Part shown: positions 39,253-53,300 of the stretch, in pieces | How the letters are laid out: every line of letters begins with the position of its first letter | Numbering within the stretch: position 1 is the stretch's first letter | Assembly: GCA_000004695.1 (NCBI GenBank) | Contig: CM000155.2 | Coordinates: 928,001-992,000, forward strand | Reading direction: 5' to 3' | DNA: 64,000 nt | Source of the DNA: Dictyostelium discoideum | Taxonomy: Eukaryota | Notes under the pieces: model-generated | The model's input: the letters and a program-made list of their open reading frames with translations, nothing else | What the model was told of the DNA's origin: nothing | The model's database searches: none | Made by a program: the position numbers and the translations under genes

Positions 39253-40696
39253 TATTGTTTTGATGAACCAAATGGAATTTATTGTAATGATCCAATACCA
39301 GTTGGTTGTATACCAAATTCTGTAGTAAAATTAATTGTGAATATAAATAAACCAATTTTAAAAGATGTTTTACCAAATTCAATTTTAGAATTAATATTTG
39401 AAGATGAATTTAATCAAAAAATAATTAATGGAACTTTATCAACTCAATTGGAGTTAATTAAATTTGGTAATGATTTTAATCAACCATTTAATTTTGATAA
39501 AAATAATTTTAATTTCTTTCCAAAAAATTTAAAACAAATTTCATTTGGTGATAGTTTTAATCAAAATATTAATAAAGGTTTATTAATTGATTTGAAGATG
39601 TTGGAAACTTTGCAATTTGGATTGGATTTTAATAAAAGTATTGATGGTTTTGGAATTTTACCAGACAGTATTAAAAATTTAATTTTCTCTAAAAAAACTT
39701 ATAAACAATCATTTCATCCATTATTTTTCCCAAAATCATTAATAAATTTAAAAGGTTTTTATTATGATTTACCAATTACTAAAGAATTAGGACTTGTTAA
39801 TAAAACAAATTTAAAATCTTTAATTTTTAGTAACCAATTTATAAATTTTATTGAACCATATTCATTACCATCATCATTGGAAACAATTATATTATCTTCA
39901 AATTTTAATTTACCACTTCATAAAGGTATAATACCATTTGGTGTTTTAAATTTATCATTTGGTAAAAATTGGAATCAACCTTTAAAAAAATTTGATTTAC
40001 CAATTACAATTAAATCATTAAAGTAAAATTATTATTATAAATTTTAAATTATAAATAATTATAATATATATATATATATAAATTTATTAATTTTTTATTT
40101 TTTTTTATTTTTTTTATTTTTTTTTTATAAGATTTTCAAAAGATTTTAATCAATTAATTAATTTTGAAATTTTACCAAAATCATTAGAAATTTTATATTT
40201 TGGTGAGAAATTTAATCAAATGTTAGAACCATTTATATTACCACAATCAATAAATTATTTAAAGATTGGAAAATCATTTAATAAACCATTATTAAAGAAT
40301 TCAATACCAAATAATGTTAAAATTTTAAAATTGGATTGTAATATTTCATTGATATTATCAAAAGAGAATTATATGAATTCAATTCCACCATCAATTACCT
40401 ACTTGAAATTAAGTTTAAATAGTAGTGAATTCACAATGAATACATTTATACCACCAACTGTTAAATCATTAAAACTTGGAAGTAAAGGAAAACAACCATT
40501 AGGTATAATTCCAAAAACTATAAAATCAATTAAATTCTATTATGAATTCAATCAATTATTATCTGAAAATTGTATACCATCAACAGTTGAATCAATTTCA
40601 ACAAATGGTATAAATAATATTCAAAAATTAATTGATTTTGGTTATAAAGTTAATTATAAACCACATGAAAATTTAGATTTTATATTTTTAAAATAA
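38638..40696 (+). CDS. FNIP-repeat protein; join(38638..40022,40132..40696); 649 aa
   Basis: Repeats of ~22 aa of the type LP.SL..L.FG..FNQ.I (e.g. LPNSILELIFEDEFNQKIINGTLSTQLELIKFGNDFNQPF), characteristic of Dictyostelium/mimivirus FNIP repeats. Donor aa|GTAAAAT. Acceptor ataag|ATTTTCAAAAGATTTTAATCAATTA... (FSKDFNQLINFEILPKSLEILYFGEKFNQ) is in frame with ORF 40220..40696. Confidence 0.75.
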
Positions 40697-40727
40697 TAAT
40701 TATAATAATTTTTAATTTTTAATTTTT

Positions 40728-40758
<31 letters not shown>

Positions 40759-40858
40759 NNNNNNNNNNNNNNNNNNNNNNNNNNNNNNNNNNNNNNNNNN
40801 NNNNNNNNNNNNNNNNNNNNNNNNNNNNNNNNNNNNNNNNNNNNNNNNNNNNNNNNNN
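40759..40858. other. Assembly gap (100 N)
   Basis: Run of n characters. Confidence 1.
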
Positions 40859-40907
40859 AATACCCTTTTTTTTTTTTCCCCAAAACCAATCAAAAAAAAA
40901 AAAAAAA

Positions 40908-40944
40908 AGGTATAATAATAATAATATTAATAATATTAATAATA

Positions 40945-41041
<97 letters not shown>

Positions 41042-44000
41042 AAAATTATTTTGGAAAGTTTTTCATAATAAATATTTATTTAAATCAATTTTAAATTGTT
41101 TGTCATATGATTTTTTACCAATAGTTTATGAAAACAATGAAATAATTAATAATCAAAGTATTAAACCATTATATTCATTACATTGGTTAATATTTAATAA
41201 ATATAAAAAAACAATAAAACATAAAATTTTAAATAATCATTATTTAACAATTAATTTAGTAAAAAATAAAGATATATTTAAAGATTTGTTTTTTTTATTT
41301 TCAACAAATAAAAATAAAGAATATAATTTTGATGATGATGAAGAAGATCAAGATGAAGATAATAAGTTTGAATATTATTTTAACAATAGTAATGATAATC
41401 CAAATAATCCAAATGATAATCCAAATAATCCAAATGAAATTGAAATAAATTTAAAAGATAAAGAAAATGAATTTTATTTAAAATTATTTAAAAATAATAG
41501 AATTTTATTTAATTATTTTAATTTATCAAGTTGTCAAAATAATAGAATTGATGATTTAATTAGATCAGGTAATTTTAAAGCATTAAAAGTATATTTTAAA
41601 ATAAATAAATTAATTCCAAATAAATTTGAAATTGATAAATCGATTAAACGTGGTGAAATTAGAATTGCAATTTGGCTTTTAAAGAGATATCAACAGGTAA
41701 AGGGTAAACCAATGATTAATACATTTAAGTTTTTACAACAATTTGATTTCACTAATCTAATTGATGAAAAACCAACTTTAAAATTACGTCAATTATCTTT
41801 AATACCAATTTTAAATTCAATTTTACCAAATATAACAAAAACAATAAAAATTAATAATCAAATTAATGATATTCAAAATAATAATCCAAAAGAATTAAAT
41901 ATTAAATTATCAACCATTTCATTTCTTTCAAGATTAAAATCAAGATTATTTAATTCAACAACTGGAGTTATAAATGGTATACCATCAAATAAATCTGAAA
42001 ATATTAGTGATGGTAATTGTCCATTATCAATGAATTATAATGTTTGTTGGTTATTAGAATCTTGTAAAACCATAATCTATTTAAATTCATTTTTAAATTT
42101 TAAAGACAACCAAGAATTGGATCCATTATTATTAATTCAACAAAATGAAATACTCTCTAAAATCACTTTTACAAATCAAGAGAAACAAATTAAAATTTTC
42201 GATTTCGATGCAAAGGATGAAAGAGTTTTTAAACTTTTACAATTTTATTCAAAAACTGAACCTTTAAATCAAGCTTTTATAAATTACAAATATCTTTCTC
42301 TTCCTTTTTATTTTTCAAATATTAATTCAATTTCAATTAAGAATAATTCTTTAAATTTAATTGATTATTTAATTTATTCTTTTGAAATTGCAGATTTCAA
42401 TTTATTTAAAGAATCATTAGATTTATTATTAAAATATCCACAACTTGATCCAATTAAATCGTTACAACCAGTTAAATTAAATTTAACACAACTTTATAAT
42501 AAAGAAATTCAATTATTTAAATTTTGTAAAAATGATCAAGAAAGACAACATCTATTCGTTCATCAAATTTCTAATTGCATTAATAATTATCAATCACCTT
42601 ATAAAATACATACAGTTTTCTTCTTTTCAATTATTGTTAAATTTAATAATTTAGAATTAATTCAATTAGCATTTAATATATTACCAAAATCAAAATTAAT
42701 GTTTGAATATATTTCTTCAAATAAATTAAATTCAAAATCTTTTTCTTCTTCTTCTTCTTCTTCTTCTTCTACTAATACTACTAATAATAATAATTCTTCA
42801 AAAACAAATTTATCACCACCATTAAAAATTAAAAAAATTGAAAAAAAAATTGATGACTATGATGATGTTGAAGATAATGATAATAATGATGAAAATATTT
42901 TAATTATAATTTCAAAATATATTGAATCAATTGAAGTTTTAAAATTTATTTATAAAAGATTTAAAGATATTAAACAACATTGGAAAACTGATTATTGGAG
43001 ACAAAATGGTAGAATGGATTTAATTGAAGCCTATGAAAATCTTGTACCATTGGATGTAAAGTTTACATTCTCAATATCTTATTATTCATTTTCAAAGAAT
43101 CATTTAGAATATTTAAGATATGTTTTATCAAAACCAGAAAGATATCAAATTGAAACAACTAAATGTGATATTGCAATTTCAATAGATGAAACTACAACAC
43201 TAAGAGAAATTGAAAATATTAAATTCATCTTAAACAATAGTGGTACTATTAAATATAGAATTTGTGTTTGGTCAAATTTCACAGCTTGTTATGCCGATTT
43301 AATGTTTTGGATTTGGGATAATCGTAAAACCGATATCTTTCCAACCCAAGGTAATGAAAAGAAATTAATCTCTCAAGGTCATACTTTTGATTTAGTCAAT
43401 TATGTAATTGGTTTAAAATCTTTAAATTCAGATTTATTAACTAATAAGAAAATCACTGATTTTAGTGGTTTCTATTCTTCACCTTGGTTTGATTTAATAA
43501 TTTCAAATGGTGATTTGTTTATGTTTAATCAAATTATTGAAAAATATTTTCATGCTACTTTACCTTCGATAAATAATAAGAAAATCAATAAGAATAATAA
43601 TGATGATCTTTCACTTGTTTTAGAATTCATTGAATCAACAATTCAATTTGGAAATAAAAAAATTATTAATTATCTAATCAATAATCATCCAGAATTCTTT
43701 CAATCTTATAAAGAAATCTTAATTAGATTAGTTATAGATTCAGATATTTTTGATACATTTCAATATTTAATAGATTTAAATATTATTAATTTAAAGAAAT
43801 TTAATATTAATCATAATGATTTAAATCTTCTTTATAATCATAATAAAAAATCAACTTTATCCTCAAATATTTTAGAAATTGATGAAGTTGAAGAAAGTGG
43901 TGTATCTGATGATGAAATTATTAATCAATCAATTAATAATCAATTAATTAATAATCATGATTTTGAAAATGATTATTATGATAATATTGATGATGATAAT

Positions 44001-44189
44001 AATAATAATAATAATAATAATAACATTAATAATGATGCTAGCATTAATTACCCTCCCGTCAATGGTATTATTTTTTCTCCAACTGATAACGAAAATATTG
44101 ATATTGCCTCGGAAAATCCTGAAAATTTGGTTATTTTTGAAGATCCACTTGATCAAAAAATTTATCAATACCTCAAATATACGTTTTAG
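40908..44189 (+). CDS. Large hypothetical protein (over 1,090 aa), 5' truncated by the gap. Its N-terminal region is paralogous to the N-terminus of the FNIP-repeat gene at 38638
   Basis: The frame of ORF 41100..44189 stays open upstream to the gap, with no ATG (NNNN...NEKLFWKVFHNKYLFKSILNCLSYDFLPIV...). Compare the neighbouring gene: NNNN..YNDNLFFKVFRNKYLFYIILKHLKIY. The rest of the protein is helical and low-complexity, with no FNIP repeats evident. Confidence 0.55.
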
Positions 44190-44419
44190 TTTTAAATAGG
44201 AATAAAAAAAAATAAAAAAAATAAAATAAAAGAAATAAAAAATTAATAAATTAACAGACAATAAAAACCATTTTGTTAAAATAAATATTGATTTTTTTTT
44301 TTTTTCTTTTTTTTTCTTTTATAGTTTTTTAAAGTAAAAAATTAATATTACTAAAATGTTTTATATGTTATTTTTTATTGTTATTATTATTATTATTGTT
44401 CATGTATTATTAAAAATAA

Positions 44420-44943
44420 TTAATCTCTTTGAATTGGAGCTTGTGATTTAATTCTTGGTGGTGGAAGTGGTGGTGGAACATTATTTATATTTGGAGATGA
44501 TACATATTGTTGAGGTTGATAAATAAAGGATGTGTTTGCAGGATGAGTTGATATAATTCGTTTTGGTGGTGGAGTTGGTGGTGTTGAATTTACAGTGCTA
44601 GAAATACAAAGAAATGATTGACTTCTACTATCTTGATTTGGTTTAGGTGGTCTTGGTGGTGCTTGGTCTAAAGTTGGTTGTTGTTGTTGTTGTGGTGGTG
44701 GTTGTGATAAATCTGGTTGTTGTGGTAAATTTGGTTGTGGTGGTAAATTTGGTTGTGGTGGTAAATTTGGTTGTGGTGGTAAATTTGGTTGTGGTGGTAA
44801 ATTTGGTTGTGGTGGTAAAGTTGGTTGTTGTGGTAAAGTTGGTTGTGGTGGTAATGGTTTTGGTGGTGGGGTTGGTGGTAATTTTTTAGTTGGTGGGGTT
44901 GGTGGTAAAGATTTAGTAGTTGGTTTTGGTGATGAAACATCAC

Positions 44944-45029
<86 letters not shown>

Positions 45030-47716
45030 GTAGTAGTAGTATTGGTATTAGTATTATTAACATTATTTTCAGTAGTTTGAGTAGTTTGTGGTGTTGATAC
45101 AATAACATTTAATTTTGAAGAGGAATTAGTATGTTGAATTGGTTGATTAACTTTAAGAGTACTTGAAGAATTATTTGAAGTAACAAGTGGGTCATGTGTT
45201 ATTGGTTTTAATTCTGGTAAAACTATAGATTCACTTGATTGAGTTGGTGATATTGATCCTTTTGAAGTTGAAGTTGTTGTTGTTGAGGGTATATCTAAAT
45301 TTGTACGAGATTGCATTGGTGAATTTGAAGCTGATGATGACGATGATGAATGTTTATGTTTTTCAACTTTTGCTGGTGAAACATTTGGTGAATTTTGAAT
45401 ATATGATTTACAAAAATCTAATAATGAACTATTACCTGCATTTGATTTTGAAAGCATTGGTGGTCCTGGTGTTAATGTTGAATTTGATGTTGAATTTGAT
45501 GTTGAGGTAGATGTTGAGGTAGATGTTGAGGTAGATGTTGAGGTTGATGTTGAGGTTGATGTTGAGGTTGATGCTGAGGTTGATGTTGATGTTTCAATAA
45601 AAGAAGAAGATGGTGAAGTAGATTTTAAAGAATTTTCTTTATTATATGCAGTATGTGTGGCAATAAAAGATTTATGATTAGTTTGAGGTGGTTGAGGTGG
45701 TTGAGGTGGTTGTTGTAGAGGTTGTTGTAGAGGTTGAAGTTGAGGTTGTTGAGGTTGTTGAGGTTGAGGTTGTGATAATAAAGGTGGTGAAGGATTAACA
45801 GTATTTAATATAACAGGAGTGTTATCAATTTGAATACTTGATAAACCATTAATAATTGGCATATCAGGATTTGAATCATTAATAGAAGAAGAATTATCTT
45901 CACCCTCACTATCAGAGGAAACGTCAGCTAAACTTGCACCATCAGTAAGTGTACCAAATGGTGCTGTTGCTGTTGCTGTTGTTGCTGTAAAGGTTGATGT
46001 AGGTGTAGATAAATTATTACTACTACTAACATTATTTTCATTTGATCTTGAAGAACTAATTGATAAATAATTGTAACAAGTTTTACAAACTCTTGCATCT
46101 TTTTTATATTGATCTAAAGTCCATTTTTGTTCTGAACATTTACCACATACAACATTACCACATCTTCTACAATGATGTCTTCTTCTAATGGTTGTAAATT
46201 TAATAGTACACTCCATACATTGAATTGCTTCGCTATCAGGTATCCAAACTGGTGCTGTTGATACTGTTTCCTCTTCTTTTGGTTTTAAAATATTAATACC
46301 TAATAAATAATAAAAAAATTAAAAGTTAATAATAATAATATATTTTTAAAAATAATATGATATATTTTAATTAAAATAACTACTTCTATATTGTTTATTC
46401 ATTCTTGCAACAGAACCTTCATTACGTAATAAAAAGTTTTGAGCATCACTAAATGAATTCATCCAACTTGATTTTTCTTGTTCAGTATCTGCAATCAATG
46501 TAAATGATTTAATTGGATGAATAAGTTGAAATGAATTTTTATGTTCTAAAAAATAATGAGGTTAATAAATTTAAATAAATGAATTGATAATAAAATAATA
46601 AAAAAAAAAAAAGAAGTGTTAGGGTTGTTTTTTTTTTTTTTTTTTTTTTTTTGTGTGTCTGTTTTTAAAAAATAAAATAAAAAAACTTACTTGTATCATC
46701 TAAATTTGCAATTTTTGTATTTGATAAAGGTAAAAGACGATGAAATTTATAGATTGGATTACCAACAGCAGTATCTATACGATTACCATAAACTAAAGCA
46801 TCACTAAATAAGATGAACCAACGTTTTTTATGATCTTTTCTACAAACTTTAGTTAGAGAACCTTCACGAATAAAAGTACGTAGTGGAGCCAATAATGGTG
46901 GACATTGACCAGTGAAACGTTTTTGAATTGTTAAAATCTTTTCAGAGTTTTGTTTTTCACGAATACTCTCATTGATATGATCGGCGACCAATGCAACGTT
47001 TTCCAATGCTTTTGCCAATGTTGGATAATCACTAAATTCGACCGGTGTCAATTGAATTAAACTTTGTAATAAAAGTTTATACCTTGGAATACGTTGAATC
47101 GGTGTAACCAACAATGAATTCAAATCTAAACCAAACGAATTCTCACTGGTAACTCGTTTAAGAAACATTTGTAAATCTCTACTTTCGTCGGATTTTTGCT
47201 TCAATCTGGCCACTGCTTTATCATAGTTACCACAATACTCTGTATACACTTTCAAATAAGGTGCCATCTTTGTAAATATATCTCCTAAACGTTTATCTTG
47301 ATACCATGTCGTCATTCTATCTTGAATCGACGTCAATAACTCTGTATTCAATGATAATAAATCTTCAATATGTCCAAATATAATTTGAATTGATTTTGGT
47401 GATAATAATGGTGGGTTTATATTTCTTAATGGTTTTAAATAAAACTAAATAAAATAAAAAAATTAAAATATAAAATAAATATTTTTTTTTGACTTTTTTT
47501 TTTTTTTTTTTTATAATAATAAAATAATAATTATTTTTTTTTATACTTTACTTGTACAATGGTTTCTAAATTTCTAACATAAATTTGTTCAGTATCTAAA
47601 ATTTCTTTTGCAACTTTATCTCTATTGGTTTTATTAACCATCATAGTTTTATATCTTTTTCTACCAATCCATGCTTTTATTGTGCTACCTAATATTTCTT
47701 TATTTTTTGTGTCCAT
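44420..47716 (-). CDS. FYVE, RhoGEF (DH) and PH domain-containing protein (FGD-like); join(47552..47716,46691..47444,46384..46545,44420..46299) on the minus strand; ~986 aa
   Basis: DH domain: ...RDKVAKEILDTEQIYVRNLETIVQ | ...LVTPIQRIPRYKLLLQSLIQ. PH domain: GSLTKVCRKDHKKRWFILFSDALVYG...EKSSWMNSFSDA. FYVE finger: WIPDSEAIQCMECTIKFTTIRRRHHCRRCGNVVCGKCS...CKTCY. The rest is a long S/T/P/Q-rich tail with PPQPNL and poly-Asn repeats. Donors are GTAAAG, GTAAGT and one non-consensus GTAGTT; the phases of all four exons agree with ORF-track frames. A further 5' exon cannot be excluded. Confidence 0.7.
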
Positions 47717-49828
47717 TTTGGTTTTTTTTTTTTTTTTTACTTTTTTTTAATTTTATTAAAAGTTTAATAATTCCAATCAAACAATTAATTAAAGTAATAT
47801 CTTTTTTTTTTGTTTTTTTTTTTTTAAATTTTAATTGGACTTAAAAAATTAAAAAATTGCAAATTTATTTTTTTTTTTTTTTTTTGAAAAAGTAAAAAAA
47901 AAAAGAAATGGTGGGTGGGGGGGGGTTATATATTTGACAATTTGACGAGTTGTTTAAAAGGTTTTATTTTTTTTTTTGGTTTTAATTTTAACCTTTTTTT
48001 TTTTCTTAATTCCTTTTGGGCGGGTATATATATAAAGGGAAGAAATTTTGTTAAAAGAAGGAGGGGTATTTTTTTTTTTAATTTTTTTTTTTTTAATAAA
48101 GGGGGTTTTTTGGGAAAAAAAAAAAAAAAAAAAAAATAGTTGGGTAGAAAAAAAAAAAAATTTAAAATAAAAAAAAAAAATTTAAATTAAAAAAAAATAA
48201 AAAAAAAAAGAAAAAAAGATATTTAAATTTGGATGGGCTGTTAACGGTGTTTTTTTTTTATTAATAAAAATCATAATAAAAAAAAAAAAAACAAAAAAAA
48301 ACAAAAAAAATAAAATTTAAATAAATAATGGAAAAAGAAACATTAATTTAAAATTTTAAATCAATCATATAATCTTATCATTTTTTTTTTTTTTTATTCT
48401 ATTTAAAGAATTATTTTCAAAAAAAAAAAAAATAATAATAATAAATAAAATTTAATAAATCTCGTTATTTTTAGTTTACCAAAAACATTTTTTTTTACCA
48501 CAAATCTTTTTTATTTTTTTATTTTTTATTTTTTTTTATTTTGGAAATAAATTAACCTCTTCTCATCCATAAAAATCATTTATTATTGTTGTTTTTACAT
48601 TTATTTCCTATTTTTACATTTATTTTTATTTTTTTATTTTATTTGTATTTATTTTTTTATTTTTTATTTTAAAAAGAATTTGTAAAAAAAAAATAAAATA
48701 ATAACCCATAACGAAATATCCTTTTCAAATATTTCTTTTATTAAATTTGAGGTAAAATGTAAATAAATAAAGAATTAAGATTGATAATTACAGTTCATTA
48801 TACTTTTTTTTTTTATGAGCGGGGTCATCCTCTTTCTTCAAGACCTAAATCAAGATCTGGCAAATAATTAATTTATATCTAAAAAAAAAAAAAGATTTTA
48901 TAAATAAAAATATAAAAATGATCATGTGATCATTAATTCACTCCCACAAAGTGTCTATTTTAATATTTATTTGTATTATTTCTCTAATTACTTTGATGTA
49001 TTGTCTCTTAAAATTTCAAAGTGGGGTGAGTATCATTAATGTCATCACTAGAATTGGTACAAGTTAACCCACAATTTCAATTAATTATCATTGAGGGAGG
49101 GGTAATAAAGAAGTTAATTCATTGAATAAGAGGGGTGATTTTATTAATAATTTCAAAGAGTATTAGTATAGATTAAAATCGGGAATGATTTCATTGCGAT
49201 TTTTGTAATAATTTATTTAATTACTTAATTTATTAAATTTGTACTTCAAATATTATCAAAATTAGTAAAACAAGTTTTTAAAATGAATAAAAAATAACCA
49301 TACATTCCCCAAGTAAGTTTGATTAAAATTATGTTTATAACTTTTTAAATATCTTACCTTAACTAATTTGGTGATTTTTTTTTTTTTTTAATTTGAAAAT
49401 TCCCAAAATTGGGATTTTCAAACAAATCTTGAAATTCAAAGTAAAATTTTGTGTATTTTTGAGTTATATTTATCTGTATAAAATCCATTTTAATAAAAAA
49501 TAAAAATTTTTTTTTTTTTTTTTTCCAATTATCAGACTTAATGTAAACTGTATTAATATTAATAAATATTTTTTAATACTTTAATCTTTTTTTTTTTTTT
49601 TATTGTTTAAATTTATTTTTATCTTTTTTTTTTTATTTTTATTCTTTTTTTTTTTTTTTATTTTATTTTTTTTTTTTTAATTATTTTTTTATTTATTTAT
49701 TTTGAAAATAAAATTACCTCTTCTACATTCATAAAAAACATTTACATTTATTATTGTTATTATTATTTATTATTATTAATAATTATTATTATTATTATTA
49801 ATTTAATTTTTTTTTTTTTTTTTTTTTT

Positions 49829-51474
49829 TTAAGCAACATAAGAATAATGATCTTTTTTACCTTCAACTCTCATTAAATATTCTTTTTCAATTAAAATATC
49901 AATACATTTTTTAATGATATTAACTTTTGGATTGAAACGAGTTTGAAGTTGAGAGATTACTTCAGTCATTAAACCAGAATGAGCCAATTGTTTTCTCATT
50001 TTCATGATTCTAACGATGGCAGCTTGAATTTGAAGTTTTCTATCCTCTTCGACAGTTTTATGGATTGAATCAATTTCTTCTTTGACTTGAGTTAACACTG
50101 GAACATTGATGAAAATCTTTGTTTTTTTATTTTTAAATTGTTTATTCAAAGAGAATTTTGTGGTTTTAGCGATCTCTTCATCATCGAGAGGTGGATCAGC
50201 CAAGAGAATCTTTGATTTTGCCAAAGAGGTTAAAGTACCCTTAAGAACGGAATCAATCAATTGGGTGCTCTCTTGAATCTCTTCAGAGGTGAGAGTTTCA
50301 TATTGATTGAATTGTAAGAGTACACCAATTTGATAGGTTGAACATTGTAAAGTATAACCACTCTTACTAGTTTGTAAATATTTAGTTTTCAATTCACCCT
50401 TTGATAAATGATGTAACCAATTCAATTTACGACCAGAATGTTGATTTTGGTAAAACTTTTGAAACAATTGCTCACAGGCTTGAAGCTCCTTTGGTATTGA
50501 GAAATTGGTGGACGGTGGTTGCAATGGCCATGAGCCGGTTGCTAGCACCAATACACTGAAATCAATATTCAATGATGATCTCTCCACTTGTTCAATATGA
50601 TTATTGAAACGATCCAATAACTCTCTTGACAATGACATATCTGTAAACATTCTTTGAAGCTTTGAAGTGTACTCATAACCACAAGTTGATTTTAACTTTC
50701 CAATCATTGTACCCTCTAAATCTTCACTGGTACTAGTACCATGAATTAAACGTTTTGCCAACATCTTTGAATAGAAATCTTGAAAAACATCTTTATCCTC
50801 TATATATTTAAATACAATCATTACATCATTCAACAATTGTTCCATCTCTGACTCCTCTGGATTATTTGGTGATTTCTTTAATAAGAAATCTGTAAAACGT
50901 GCCAATAACTCTGGTGACTTTGATGATGATTTTGCTGCTATTGTAACTGCATTCTCATTTATAAATCTTCTACATGCTTTATCTAATGATGCTACAAATC
51001 CTGTATCACTTCTAAATGCTCCAGTCACTAATTCATTATATTTTTTAAATACTTTTAATAATGTTTCAATATAAACTTTTGGTTCCTTTTTAAAAAAAAT
51101 AAAAAATTAAAAAAAAATAAAATAATAAAAAAAAATATTAATATATACATTTAAAATATAAATAAATAAATAAAAAACTTACAATTACACCATTAGTTGC
51201 AATTGATGAAACTGCTTGTAAACCAACATTTTGAACATGTTTTTCTAATGTAGTTCTTAATGGTTCTAAACCTCTTGGTATTCTTGATAATAATGAATAC
51301 ATACGTGTTAAATCTGGAATTTTATCTTTTTCTAATAATGTTTGAAATTCATTCCAAATTACTTCAACATGTTTTTCAATTAATACTTTTTCACATTTTG
51401 CAATTAACTTTAAAAAAAAAAAAATAATTAGTTTTTTTTTTTTTTTTTTTTTCAAATATATATATTTATATTAA

Positions 51475-51530
<56 letters not shown>

Positions 51531-51909
51531 TAATTACTTCAGATTCTGTATTTTGATGTAAATATTGTTGAACTCTTTTAACTTCTTCATTTAATCTAGT
51601 TTCAACTTTTTTCATATAATCAGCTACACTATTTTCAGAGATGAATTTAGCAGATTCATTTGTATAATAATTTTCAGTTGCTGTTAAAAATAATTCTTCA
51701 AAACCAGATTTATATACTTGTAAAATTGTTTCCTTTGGTTTCTCTCTATTTAATCCTAAACTAACATAACCATTTATAACACCTTTAATTAAATGTGTAT
51801 TAATTTGATAACCATTTCTTTCACTTTCAATTATATCCAATAATGAATTTGTTAAACGTTGTTTTAATGGTGTAAATAAACAATCTCTCCAAATTACTAA
51901 TGATAACTA

Positions 51910-52000
<91 letters not shown>

Positions 52001-52118
52001 TAATTATTTATTAGTTTTTAAAAATAAATAAAATAAATAATTAAATTAAATTAAATTAATATAAATTTTGTAATTACAATAATAATAATTATAATAATTA
52101 AATAATAATTATTAAACT

Positions 52119-52149
<31 letters not shown>

Positions 52150-52753
52150 CTTACAATAAATATTTCATAAACTTCTTTTTTACCATCATCAATTTCTCTT
52201 TTAATCCAATATCTATTCATATATTGAAAAATGTTATTAATATATTTCATTGCAGATGTATAACGATCCCATTCTGTATAGTAATAATTTAATAATGGTT
52301 CATCCATCTTTGTTTCTGTGAGTTTTAATAATTGTGACATATGCTTTTTTAAAAATAAATTTAATCGGTTATATAAATCTTCACCAACATAATTTGCACC
52401 AGATGCTTGTTGTTTTGGCATTCCAACTTTTGCACTTGATTTTGATTGAGATGCTGCACAATAATCATAAACATGTCTTTTTATTAAAAAAAAAATAAAA
52501 AATAAAAAATAAAAAATAAAAAAATAAATAAAAAAAAATTTAGTAAAAGTAATATTTAAATATTATAATTAAAAAAAATATTTTATACATATATGTATAA
52601 AATAATGTACATACGTATATAATGCTATCCATTTTTGTTTTGGAAAACCTTTATTTAAATCTGTTATAATCTTATAAATTCCTTCCTCTAATTCAGGCCA
52701 TATATCATCAAGTTTAACACTTCTCTTGGTTGGTGTACTTGTCATCATTGACA

Positions 52754-52754
<1 letters not shown>
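49829..52754 (-). CDS. culA: Cullin-1; join(52615..52754,52155..52476,51538..51906,51183..51407,49829..51085) on the minus strand; 770 aa
   Basis: Collinear with CUL1 along its length: N-terminus LDDIWPELEEGIY...ALYT|HVYDYC; then ...EIFI|LSLVIWRDCLF...; ...YLHQNTESE|LIAKCEKVLIEKH...; ...ATNGVI|EPKVYIETLLKVFKKYNELVTGAF...; neddylation site IVRIMKMRK; C-terminus IDILIEKEYLMRVEGKKDHYSYVA*. Donors are GTATGT/GTAAGT/GTAATT; phases are consistent (140+322+369+225+1257 = 2313 nt). Confidence 0.88.
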
Positions 52755-52835
<81 letters not shown>

Positions 52836-53263
52836 TATTAATTATTATTATTTTTTTGAGAGGTGATTTTATTTTTTTTTTTTTTTTTATTTTGCTATTT
52901 TTTTTTTTAATTTTTTATTTTTTTTTTTTTATTTTTTTTATTTTAATTTTAATTTTAATTTTATAAAATAAAAAAACTGTTTTAAAAAAGAGTATTAGTA
53001 TAAAATTGAATAAAAATTATAAAATAAAAAAAAAGTTAAAAAAAAAAAAAAACGATTAATTAAAGGGGTTTTTCTTTTTTTCTTTTTTATTTTTTTTTCA
53101 AGTTTTATATTAAAAATATAAAAAAAAAAAGAAGATGAAATTCTTTTTAATGAGAAATTATTATAATTATATGTAAAATTAAGGTGTGTGTGAAACTATA
53201 TACAAAAAATTAAAAAAAAAAAAAAAAAATTAAAAAAAAAAAAAAAAAAAATAATATAATTGT

Positions 53264-53300
<37 letters not shown>

